DNA of 64,000 nt, taken from Oopsacas minuta (taxonomy: Eukaryota; Animalia; Porifera). The notes under the pieces are model-generated. The model worked only from the letters and a program-made list of their open reading frames with translations. It was not told the origin of the DNA and did not search any database. The stretch covers positions 69,133-133,132 of the forward strand of contig JAKMXF010000338.1 of the NCBI GenBank assembly GCA_024704765.1, given 5' to 3'. Both the position numbers and the translations under genes were made by a program. This document shows, piece by piece, positions 25,419-37,400 of this stretch (its first letter is position 1; each line of letters starts with the position of its first letter).

Positions 25419-26560
25419 CAGGGTGTAACATAATTGATGACTTGCAGAAAAATATGCATAAATTATCGTTCGATGAATTCACTGTCCAATCTAATTTCCT
25501 ATATATCCCCCTTTATATTTGAGACATGTTTTAATCCTTCGGAAGTACCACTCACCAGATTGTCGAGAATTTCATGGGAGATCTGAGACCATGCCAGTTC
25601 AGCTGTTTTTCAAGCATGTTTAGATTGGTTGCTACTTCCATTTCATTAATTTTGCATTGGATGATGGTTCATAAATTCTCTATTCGGTTTAAGTCTGGCG
25701 AGTTGCCTGGTCAAATACCTTTCTCTCAAAAGGAATTCAAGTTGTATTTACAACAATCTTGAGTCTTTATGGCATTATGAGCTGGTGCCCCGTCCTGCTG
25801 AAAGATCTACCTGGACATGTTTGGGAGTAATCTTCTGACTAGAACAGATCCAGTCTTCCTTTTCCTCCTTAGTGCGATCTTCAGAGACTTCTTCAGTATT
25901 AGTCCGATATGATATTTTGCAGTAACTGTGCAGAACCTAGGTACAATATGCAGTCCTGATATCGCATTGTATGACATCATTGCCCAAACATGTATCTTAG
26001 AAGGAAATTTAATTTTCTCATAGGGGCCACTGATTCTTTCTCCCTTGCCCATACACGATCATTTTCTCTATTAGGTGTGTGGAATAATTCACAGGGGGAT
26101 TCACCAGAAAATAACACCATACACCAATCTTCAACAGTCGAATTGATTCTCTGTATCCAGAAAGAAATCCGATCTTTAATCTGTTTTTCGGAAAGTCTTG
26201 GCGGAATCGGTCTTTTATAACTAGTCGCTCCAATAGGATTCTTAGGATACCTTTGGATAGTCATATGTGATGCTATAATACTCTTAGACTTAAGTTTTCT
26301 CGACAATTTCCTTGTAGTTTGGTGTTTCTTTGTTAATGACTTAGAAATGGTGATTTTACCAATTTTTTATAAGGAAACCTTCCGTCCTCTACCATGTTTA
26401 TTTCCAATGAGATTCCCTTCTGGTATTGGGTCCACCATCGTCCGACAGTACGCAAGGATGCTCCAAGTAAATTGCAAACGCGGCTTTGCGTTATCCCACC
26501 TAATAACATCCCTACAGCCTGGTTTCGAATATTGATCATGTGTTCTTTGATTATGATATT
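25419..26560 (-). mobile_element. DD37E (TRT-like) Tc1-related element, decayed, one TIR missing
   Basis: TA|CAGGGTGTAACATAATTGATGAC; VLFSGESPCELFH, KIHVWAMMSY, FQQDGAPAHNA...*PGNSPDLNRIE (37 residues between D and E); ORFs 26333-26539, 25977-26306, 25807-26052. Confidence 0.85.
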
Positions 26561-28870
26561 GCTAAGATATTAGGGAGCATAAACTATTTGATATTTTTGG
26601 ACATAGACATGAACACTGGTTGGAAAAATGCATAAATAATGGTAACAAAGAATAGATATAATCGGATAATGGCGAAACTTTTACTATAGTTAAATAAATA
26701 TGAGTGCGGTTGTATAGTATATTGTAGGCCCAGTCGAGAAAAGTATAAATTATCGGTTCAACTTCTACTTAAGGGAAAAGTTGCCTTCACCATTTACTAG
26801 GAATATGCGAAACTTAAATTTGAAAATTATTTCCATTTGACTCTTGCGGTTTTATATTATGCTGTGTCACTTTCGCAAAATTGATTACATACTGTCCGAA
26901 TTTTCAAATTCCTTTGACTTAGCCCCTTTAATATGTCATTTGGTAATAGTAAGTCGCATATTTGCTATTGAATGGTGTAGTAATCGAATTTCTATGTCCA
27001 AGGATACTCAAGCTATCAAGATTTATTTGCATATTCTATCATAACCTAACGTTATTACCCACCCCCCTTTTTCCGATTATTTGAAAATTCTATATTCTTA
27101 GTAGAATTTGTTACAGACTCGCCAAACTTAGTATATTTCTTTATCTAGATCCAAGTTCATCAATAGGTCACCACAAAGAAATTTACCTACATTCCTTATC
27201 TCTTTTTCTTAACTCAGTTACCATTTATCTAGCATGGAATTTATGGTCAATTATAGTATCTATATAAATACTCGATCAAATTATTCATATTATTGAGTGA
27301 TCATATTCCTAAAATTTATTTATTTTTGGAATGGCAGAAAACACGTGTAGTAAAGTATTTCATCTTATTTTTGGCTATCCAGGACCCATACCAGAAAATC
27401 AACTTCCAATAAAACCAGATATATGTAATCATTATAGAATGCTTAGAAATGAAGATTCTAGATCAACTAGAGATGATATAAAAGAACTAACTGAAGTATT
27501 AGTATGTATCTATAATTTGGCTTCCATACCCACTATATCAGAGCTCAAATTAAAACAGTAAATCAATTCTGATATTATACAGAGAGCTAAATACTACGGA
27601 AAAAGTATCCAAAACAAGCAACAACCTGACCGTATACAGCCTATTATTTCCGATTTCAATGTCTTGTTCGATGTCTCAAGTTGCAAATGCCTAATTCAGG
27701 AAGGTAAGTATTTTTGTTCTCTCGATAAAAGATAACACGCCGTGAGTGGCCATTTCTCTTTGATCCGCGAAACACTCGAAAATTATTTATTTCCAGCTTG
27801 GATTGCATGACAACCTCTAAAAATAATGTTAAACTAAAAAGAAAACAGGCGCAATATGAAAGAGAAGAAATGGAAATGAAGAGATTACATGCAGTTCAAC
27901 CTTCGCAAGAATTTATAGCATCTGACTTCGAAGAGTTTTAATCTTTTTTACTCGAGTACATCTAATATTCACAAGTATACACGTAATCGTAATCAATTAC
28001 GAAATTTAGCCATAATGTGCGATAGATATCAAATTAGCAATCGGGCATGCGCAGCTATAGCTAACGCAGTGCTGCAGGGTTACGGTATTATCACACAGGA
28101 AGAAATTAGCGAAATTATTGATAGAAACAAACTCCGTAGATCTAGGTTCTCTGTGAGAAAGGAATTGTCTAATGAGGCTCACTAGACTATCAATGATATA
28201 TCTGCAATATATTTTGATGGTCGTAAAGATCAAACTCGAGTACTGGTAGAAAGAGAAGATGGACATTTGCATCAGGATACTGCAAATGAAGAACATTATA
28301 CTGTTTTATCTGAACGGAGAATCAGTATGTTGCCCATATAACACCAAGTTCTGGTAAAGCCAAAGATATAGCAAGGGAATTGACTGATCTTTGCAGGGAG
28401 CGTAATTCATATTTAATGGCGGTTGGAGCTGATGGAGCTCGTGTTAACACTGGAATCTACAATGGATGTATCAGATTACTCGAACAAGAGTTCACAAAAC
28501 CACTCCACTGGTTTATTTGCCAATTACATGGTAATGAACTTCCATTGAGGCATCTCTTTCAAATAGTAGATGGAAAAACCAGTGCACCCAATTCTTTTAA
28601 AGGAGTAATTGGTGAAGAACTTAATTGTGATTTTGCTTGCAAACCAATTACAGCGTATCATCATTAAGGCGGTAAAACTCAACTTATTGATTGCGATATT
28701 CTCAAGAATTTAAATAAAGATGAGAAATATCTATATAATATCTGTAATGCATTTCAGACCGGTATTTGCTCATCTGAACTGGCATCTATGCAACTTGTTC
28801 CTATACATCATGCTAGATAGACAACACTGGCCAACAGATTACTTAGGTCGTACATTTCTACGATACATCT

Positions 28871-31792
28871 CACAGTGTGGCAAAAAGGCGAAAATGAGGG
28901 ATTAGCCAAATTGTAACTTCAAATCGATAAGATTTGTATTATATTTATATATGAAATCGACCCCGTACATTTCACTGGACAAGTCAAATTTTTAATTATC
29001 TCACTCAAAATATGTGAGGATGACATCATCACTAAAATCACTAATTCATAATTTTAATAGACTATCAGGGATTCATTAAGGGTATCCTGTTCAGATGTTT
29101 CAAGCATGCTATCTTCGTTTGATTAGCCTTTCTAATACTTTTGTGACGATTTAAAACCAATACAGGGTCACTGAAGCACAAAAGTCTGACTAAAATATCA
29201 CGAAAGTTGTCAGAAAAGGATGTTTTTCTTGCTAAATTTTCTCTATACCTTCTGACATACTTATTGCAAGCCTCTAAGCATTCTTCAGAAAGGTTTTGTG
29301 GTCCATAACCATGATTATAGCAATAAATTATTTGAAAACAATGAGCAAGCAGTTTATGAGGAGAGGGAGAGATGCTTACCCAAGGAAAGTGATTTAAAAC
29401 AATTCATACGCTCCCTTGCAAAGATTTTCAAGACCATGACAATTAATGTGGTCTTTGCTGTTAACTATCCTCAAAATCACCGAGAGGTTGGTTTGAATCA
29501 TTTTAAGGGTTGGTTTATCAACTGGGTTAATAGTGGAAGTAGCGCATCTGAAGAAATCTTTTATCTCGGAAACAGTCTCGTGCAACATTACCAGTTGTTG
29601 AAGTCCCCCCTTGACTAGAAGGAACATCGATTTTGATACTACATTTGGCATCTATAATTGATCTTATTCGTTTCAAAGAATCCTGTACTTTTGTGCATGT
29701 AGGTGACCACTTTTTACAACCTGCGTCTAAGTGATATATGTTTAACATGTACCACCTAAAGACACAGAGATACGCATGCAATGGAGAAGCTGCTAAGATG
29801 TTTATTTCGGAAGTAGGGTGGTGGGTAATGCCACAGCGTTTTTTGGAAGGTAGGGCAAATATTTCGTCCTCATTAATATCGTGAAATAGTTGATTAGCAT
29901 CAGTAATGTATCTATTAATTGGAAAACCTGATCTGGCCCACTCTAAACTATTGATTTCCTTTCCTGTGGCCGTGCTAAGATGACATGATGCACCACCCGC
30001 TTCATCTAATAGACCTGCCATTTTGGTATCAAATATAGATCGAATAATTTCTACATTTATGTGACGATTTTCAACTGCAATTCCTTGTTCTACAATTAAT
30101 TTAGTTGCGGGATTTACGAGTGTATCCATAATAAATTTAACGTTTTCGTGATTCTCCTTCAACGCAATTAAGCAGACTGCTCTGAATGGAAAAGGTGAAT
30201 TGGGGGAAGTATTGACGTATAATGAGAAACCTGTGTTATCTGTTATACTAAGAATTTTAAATCCGAATATAATAATACTGTGTGTGTCTAAACCTAGATT
30301 TGAGTTCACTTGGTTGTAAGAATTGTGTGAGCCTCACCCAACTAGACCGTCTGCATTTCGAACTGACAAAGGATATTGTGAGTTGTTTACAATGGAATCG
30401 AAGCTTAAAAGATGTCGTTGAATTGTTAGTTCGAGTATTTCGAAATAAGGAACTGATACACCAATAGAGTTACCTTCAGGGTTAGTGACAAATAAAACGC
30501 TTTGTGAAAGAGAAATTTCTTGACGGTATTGCGATATTACTTTATAGGATGGGAATACGATATCTTGTTTCAGTAATTTCTTCAACTGTGTGTATTTGAA
30601 TGCTCCAATTTCGAGAAGATCTATTATATAACTTGACATAGGTGTCGAAACTTTCTTTACATTTCCGTACGTGCCTGTTGCGATTATTTCTTTGCATATA
30701 CTGGAAGTTTCTCGATCATATTCCTGGTTAGAAATTAATTCCAGAGCTAAAGCAGCAACTTTCTTCTCGTCAACCTGCTCCCTTTGGGCAACGAACTGAA
30801 TATGCTTAGGCAAAACGTTCAAACGGTTCGAGCAGCTTTCATTGTGAGTTTGAATAATGGTTTTCTGATCTCTGTTAGATTCTCTTCAATAAATGAGTGC
30901 TGCTCAGGGATAGAATCGACTGTGTCAATCGACATTTGTGATCCAGAGTTACAAGTGTTGATTGAATAAAACTCCATACCCTCCCAAACATTTAAGTTGT
31001 AAATCTTCTGGTAATGATCTCTGGATTTTCGAAGATTTCTTAATTTCCAACTAATAGTTTCAAACAGATCATCTGACAAGGAATGAACTTCAATTATCTG
31101 ACGAGCTGCACCAGAACAATTCCAACCATGTGATTTATAAATATCGTATGCTTCTTTTTGTGAAATAAATGTTTTATCCATTGAACTAGTGGAAGGAAGT
31201 ATTGTCTAGTAAGTATCAATAATGGGATAAATAACACAAGTTTGAAATTCAGCCGATCTCAGGGAAATTTGGATTGAAATTCGAAATGGGTGGGGAATGG
31301 GGCGCTAAAAATTGTATAAAATTAAGGGTAGTACAGTACTTTAACATTGTTAAAAATATAGGGGCCCCATAATGTACCCATTTAAAAATCTACCTCTGAG
31401 TATGTCGAAATACATCCCGAAATTTGGTAATTTTTGGGGTTTCGAAAAAGAGTTCTCTCAAAAATTTCTATTAAGTTTGGGAGGTATTAATGTTCAAAGT
31501 TATGATAGGGAATACTTATAAATGAATCGCGAATTGAATTACTTGCAAGTAGGCATTTGATTGCATCTACTGTTAGAATTTATGATAACGTAATTACAGT
31601 TCGGAAAATGTTTTGTAACCTTATAAAATTACGTCATTAGACAATGAGAATTTAAATTCACAAATAGAAGCTGAACCACAGTAAACACAATATAGTTGTA
31701 TTCTCGACAGACTATTGAACAATATTAGAACTATTATAGATAGTTATGGGACCACTAATAATTTGGCTAATTCTAAATGATGCCACACTGTG
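28871..31792 (-). mobile_element. Complete Transib/RAG1-like transposon with RSS-like asymmetric TIRs
   Basis: CATCT|CACAGTGTGGCA...TGCCACACTGTG|CATCT: perfect 5-bp TSD and identical terminal 12 bp; shared ATTAGCCAAATT block 23 bp (left) or 14 bp (right) after the heptamer. Confidence 0.95.
29065..31181 (-). pseudogene. RAG1-like/Transib transposase, ~700 codons, inactivated
   Basis: RKPLFKLTMKAARTRLNVL (frameshift ~30822); GLVG*GSHNSYNQ (first catalytic D appears as V, stop at 30334); NSPFPFRAVCLIALKEN; IFDTKM; SCHLSTAT; RCGITHHP; SPLHAYL; GGTSTTGNVAR; PHKLLAHCFQII; LSEECLEACNKYVRRYRENLARKTS; RLLCFSDP. Confidence 0.92.
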
Positions 31793-32438
31793 CATCTCAC
31801 ACCTGAATTATCTCGAATTGTCAATTTTATTGTCAATTATTATGCACCAGTTTGGTTTAGAATCAGGAGTTACCCGATTTGCACAGATGACCTAAAGGTA
31901 TTTTTTGCGATAGCTTTGTTGCGAGACCTATCGGAGTCTGACCAAGAATAATTTGTGATGTGATACAAGGAAACTCATATTTTAGTCATCCAGAAAATGT
32001 CCTCTTATCCATGCTTGCAGATAATGATGACCAAATTAGACAAAAAGCAATGAAGACTATTTTAGATATCCGAATTAACAGTTCATCATTTAGACCGATT
32101 TAAATTCGCACATTCAATCTTCCTTCAATAAGGTTCACTACCGAAACATATGTGAATTTGATTGATTGGGAAACCGCTTTTATCACAGAGTCGCCTTTAA
32201 CAAGATACCTCTCAAAAGAAGTACTAATTAATTGTGTAGGTGCTCCACTAGAAATTCCAGCATATCCATACCATACACAAGCTGTTGAAAGAACTATCCA
32301 ATTAGTGACTAAAAGTCCGTGTACAGTAACAGGAGAAGATGCGAGTCATGGATTAATTCTTTCAACTGTAACATCAAGAGAAGAAATGCCCGGATTTGAG
32401 TCAAAGAAAGATCATGCATGTTAAATAAACTTGATATA

Positions 32439-33816
32439 CAGTCTGTCAACTTGGAATTCGGAGGATTTTTGTTTTTCCCTAGCTAGAAGTACATTTAGTG
32501 TATTTCTATTCTAAATAAGTTATTAGAATCCTTAAACAATCAATTATATAGTAGGCCTAATAATTTATCATTTTTCCTTTACTTCTCTGTACTAATTTGG
32601 CTCTTTTTGGCATCGATGACCAAAATGGACGTAAAAATTCATGTACTAATGAATTCCATACTTCATTTAGCTCCCTTTCCAGCTCGTTTAACTTTCGAGT
32701 TGTTTTCAAATCGATTTCTCTCTTGAGCCACGGCTAGAGGTTCTCGATCGGATTCAAATCCGGACTACAAGCAGGCCAATCTCTCCTATGTATCCCTTTG
32801 TCCTCCAGGTACCCTTTAGCAAGGTTGCACGTGTGTTTAGAATCGTTGTCTTCCTGGAAAACCAATCCATCAGGGTACAAAACACTTGCTTATTCTACTT
32901 AACATTCATGCAGAATGTCGCAGTAAAGTCGCCCGGTGAGATTTTCTCTGAAAACCTCGATAGGAAACTTTCCACGTGCTGAAAACGCTCTCCAAACATG
33001 CAATTTCGGAGAGTGTTTCCTACTGGGGTTTACTAGTTTCGAATCACCTATACACCAGACACATACTCTGCCACCAGATAGCCAAATGGACATCTCATCA
33101 CTAAAAATCACTTTCTCCCAAACATCTGTTAGACTTAGCCCTATCGATACGATAAGCCTTATGGGTTTGTGTAAACATCGAAATCTTTCTAGCAACCTTG
33201 CGGGTGAAGCCACGCCGCTTCATCTCAATCCTCACAGCCTCGTGTGAGAACGATAGACCCCGCCTTTTGTTAAATTTGGAAGTCAACTTCCTCACAGATA
33301 ACCTAGGATTGTTGATTGCCAAACTAACAAGTGATCTAGCGTTATTTGCTTTGATCTGACGCTGTTTACGGGAACCAATCTTTCTAGCAACGGATTCAGC
33401 ATTCCTCAATTTGTAAACAGTGCGATAAACTATACATTTTGGAACTCCAGTTCTTCGATATAATTCCATACAATTCGTGATTCCAATGTCGAAAAGTATA
33501 TTGATATTGTTACGCTGTTCTTGCTCGTTCATTTTAAGGTTTGAATTGATGAAAGTAAAGAATTATTAGCGAAGAAATAGAAGTGTTGCGAGAATTTCAA
33601 GTGATAAATTTTATATAGAATATTTGATTAGTAACTAAGTATAAATTCAAATATTTTGTAACCGGAGTCAGCTAGAGAAGTTCAGTTGGTTAAGAAATGA
33701 CTAGAAATAGTTGAAAAACACAAGGTATCAATATTATTACGACAACCAATATGAAAATGCAATTAGGAACATTCTAACATCGAAAAAGATTTTCCCAATT
33801 TCAAGTTGACAAACTG
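32439..33816 (-). mobile_element. Tc1 (DD34E) element inserted just after the hATm-like stop codon
   Basis: TIRs TA|CAGTCTGTCAACTTGGAATT and AATTTCAAGTTGACAAACTG|TA; VIFSDEMS, KLHVW, FQEDNDSKH...WPACSPDLNPIE (34 residues between D and E); ORFs 33101-33532 and 32899-33213. Confidence 0.9.
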
Positions 33817-34456
33817 TAACATAATTGAATAATATAACTTAATTGAATCATATACCACGATAGATAAAAAGCTAATAATTCCAAATAATCGGAAATAATG
33901 GGGGCTAGGCAATAATATTAGGTTATAATAGAATATGCAGAAGAAATCTTGATAACTTGAGTATCCTTGGACATAGAAATTCGATTAATACACCATTCAA
34001 TAGCAAATATGCGACTTACTATTACCAAATAATATATATATAAAGGGGATAAGTAAAAGGAATTTGAAAATTCGGACAATATAAAATCAATTTTGGAAAG
34101 TGACACAGCAAGAATATAAAACCGCAAGGGTCAAAACGAAATATTTTTCAAATTTAAGTTTCGCATTTTCGTAGTAAATGGTAATGCCATCTTTTCCCTT
34201 TGGTAGAGGTTGAACCAGCGATTTAAACTTTCTCGATCCGTCTAGTATATACTGAGTGTTCAATAAGTTCGAGTAATCGATACAAAGCACTTACAGTACA
34301 GGCTGACACGAATTTATCTACAATTATAACTTAACCATAATCCGATTTAGCATTGATTACTAAGGAAATTGACGATACATTTCTTGTATAGAAGTGATTG
34401 ATATTACCTAAAACAATGATGTTACTAATAGTTAATCTTTTTCCCACCAGAGGTAA

Positions 34457-37400
34457 CTGTAAGCCCTCCAGTGGGGTCCAGGTGCGAAGCCCCTAGCCAC
34501 CCAACTAACTGCAATGTCATGTGTATTTTATTCTATTCTCACTGATTGAAGGTCTTTCCTATATTCCACTTGTTTCTAGTTTAGATTACTACATTTAATC
34601 TATATTATCTAATAGCGTATGCACGTATGTAGAATATCTGTTAAATTATTCATTCTGTATAGAATATTACAATCCAAAATCTAAATTACGATACTATACT
34701 ACAAAATTGATTTTGCGCTTTTTTGCAAGTCTAAATCGATAATTTACGTTAGATACATCAATTTCTATATCCTTATGAATATATACCAAAGCTAATCCGT
34801 TTAGTCGTTCGTCCAACATTTATGGTCTGAGCCTGTTTTTCAAAATTTTCATGGCACTAAAGCATCTTTCTGGAGTACATGTAGTAACAGGTAATGTCAA
34901 TGCTATTTGAAATAATTTCTTTACATTTACGAAGTGGAATGGCAAACTTGAAAGGGACACATGGATATCTCCCGTATCCACTTTTCTTTCAAATGATTGG
35001 AAGACTCTAAATTCCTCAAAAAATTTCATCTGTGTACAATTCAATAGTGTTTGATAGAAATAAACCACATTTTTTGAGTAAGTTTACATTTATTTCATGT
35101 GTTTGCAACAACCTATTCAATTGCAACGCAATCTTTGATTGACCTGAAAATCTCAAATTGAGATGCTCAATAACTCCATCTATGTAGGCAATCCAAATCT
35201 TTGGTCTGTAATTGTCACAGGTACTTTCACTTGTAAGATTCGAAGAAGTACTCATAGTTACACAAGATTCATCATATGATATACTGAGAATTCCTTTAGA
35301 CGAATTTCTTGGTTTAGACAGTGGTATTCCTAAGATTTGTGAGTATGATTCAACTGTACTGAATATATTAAGCTTACTCCCATTCCATTGTTGTGAACCC
35401 TCTCTCAATACGGCAAGCGTTTCTATTGTTGATTCAATTAATTGCATGCATTCAACATAATTTAGATTCACAGTCTGCAACATCTTGGAAAGAATAATAG
35501 TAATTGACATTACTTTCCCAAAACATGCTAGTGATGTCAAAAAGGAGGAAACTTTTAATAGAATTTAAGTGAGAAGGTGCTTGAGCTCAAGATTTACAAA
35601 TTGAAATGATTGTCGCTAATAATTCTTTCTAGGCCTTAAACAATAGATGAAATATTGGAACAGAATCTTATAATTGCATCATGTCTCTCAACAAACCTAG
35701 TGGAACAATATGAAATGAACTGTGCGTCGAAAATATTCCTTCTTCCAGAAGAATCATTGATATAATTTATCATCGCAGAAGCAATATCAAACATGTGTCT
35801 TATTTCTGTTAATTTTGAAGAATCATTAAGCACAAGGTTTAATCTGTGACTTGCACAGTGCAAGTATATTGCAAGTAGAGCATGTATCAGTATACGCGTA
35901 GTGACTCCTGGAATATGGCCTAACATGGTTGAACACCCGTCATAGCATTGAGCTATACAATTGTCAATATTCAACCCAATAGATGCAACACGACTTAGTA
36001 TTTCTTCAGTGATTGACTTAGCATCCACAAATTCCATTGCTCCGTAAGATATAAATTCTTCTTTGATAAATGCATCTTCAGATACATAGCGAATGCAGAA
36101 ACATAACTGCTCTTGGTGGGAACTATCAGTTGTCTCATCAGCAAGTATGGCAAAGTATCCAATTTTCTTTATTTCACTTACAATTGTTTTTAGAATTTCT
36201 TGGCCACACAGATCTATAAACGTGTTCTGGATAGTTTTTGAAATATACATCGCATTTTTATTGGTTTTTACTAAATGTTCCTTTAATAATTTGTCATCAC
36301 TTTCAACCCTAAAAGCTAATAAAGCATGGAAATTCCCAGATTGTCCAGAGATATCAACTTCATCATTTAATTGGCCATCATCCCTGTGGCCTCTTAGAGC
36401 AATACCCAATCTACCACACAAGATTATCGTTTTGATGATCGGAATAAGGCGTTCCATATTTTCATTTTCCTCGTCCTTACGTACTTCACAAATTGATGTT
36501 ACTATATTTTTTGAATTTTGCAGGTTGTAAACGAAAATGTCGGCTCGTTCTTGAGCAGATTTGTGGTAATCTTTTAAAATATGTTCTTTAACCTCATCAT
36601 GAATCTTTTTGTAATTTGTCAATGGAGTTTGAACAAATGAACCAACTTTTGGCAACTTTCCTTTATCATTTTCAACTTCTCTCGAAGTGAACTGTGCACA
36701 AGGAACACAAAAAACTCCCTTAAATAAAAACGAATATTTGAAACTATCAAATTTTCCAATGTTATGAGAAATGATAAATTGACCCTCTGAGTCTTCCTTT
36801 CACCCTTAGAAGCTGAACTGATAAGCTTTTAACCAAAAGGAAATGAAAAATTAAGATCAGACATGCGCTGTTTTGCGGGCAAATTTACTTTTATAAATCA
36901 GAGTGTGCAGGACAATATAAAAAACAATCATTCTCGCGGAACTTATACAAATGTCCGATATCATATAAATCTAGATCGGTATCCAAGGATGATCTCTCTG
37001 TTATACTTTCAGCAATGTAAGAAGAATCTTGATTTAACAGTGATCCTGGGTCTACCAACACCGTTTCTTGCATAGTTGTATCATCACCATCTATATTTAG
37101 ATTGACTCGGGGTTAGATGACTCACTGGAAGTAGCATTTGAACTCAAATAATCCAATAAACATTTTCTTTTGGGATCCATAATCAAATTTGGTATATCCA
37201 AATTTACAAATATGAGAAAAAGTCAAAGTACAAATAGCTATCAGGCCACACCCAAGCAAATTAAAAATGGTCAGGAAAAATTGAAGAGTGGTCAAACCTG
37301 CCCAAAGTTATACAAGCAAAGGTAAAGGTGAAGGCAATTACCTAACCTAGCGCTATATATATATGTACATTATACTAATTTCACAACCGAGAGAAGTTGA

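Larger units (their letters stand above)
27331..32424 (+). pseudogene. hATm-like transposase, split by Transib at 28871-31792
   Basis: ASIPTIS; CDRYQISNRACAAIANAVLQ; YFDGRKDQT; EEHY; VGADGARVNTG; WFICQLHGNELPLRHLF; HHAR*TTLANRLLRSYIST; FSHPENVLLSML; YHTQAVERTIQLVT. The frame reads through (STIHLTPELSRIV) once the Transib and one CATCT are removed. Confidence 0.85.
26725..34244 (+). mobile_element. hAT-related (hATm-like) element with ~365-bp inverted ends, ~3.2 kb net, hosting the Transib and a Tc1
   Basis: Diverged inverted repeats 26725-27090 and 33880-34244, both starting TAG; candidate 8-bp TSD GTATATTG / GTATATAC (6/8). Confidence 0.75.

Noticed and set aside
28880-28888. GCAAAAAGG as a canonical RSS nonamer
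   Set aside because: It is only 2 bp from the heptamer and is not present at the other end; the block shared by both ends is ATTAGCCAAATT.
28871-31792. RAG2-like partner gene or a true RAG1/V(D)J locus
   Set aside because: The RAG1-like gene fills ~2.1 of 2.9 kb and the remainder is short AT-rich non-coding DNA. No kelch/PHD-like ORF or antigen-receptor segments are seen in the window.
26844-34127. Two near-identical small proteins (26844-27044 + and 33918-34127 -)
   Set aside because: They are chance frames within the two arms of a non-coding inverted repeat.
36093-36530. 145-aa + strand ORF, and similar antisense ORFs at 48056-49107, 3228-3542 and 16947-17210
   Set aside because: Shadow frames opposite recognised transposases.
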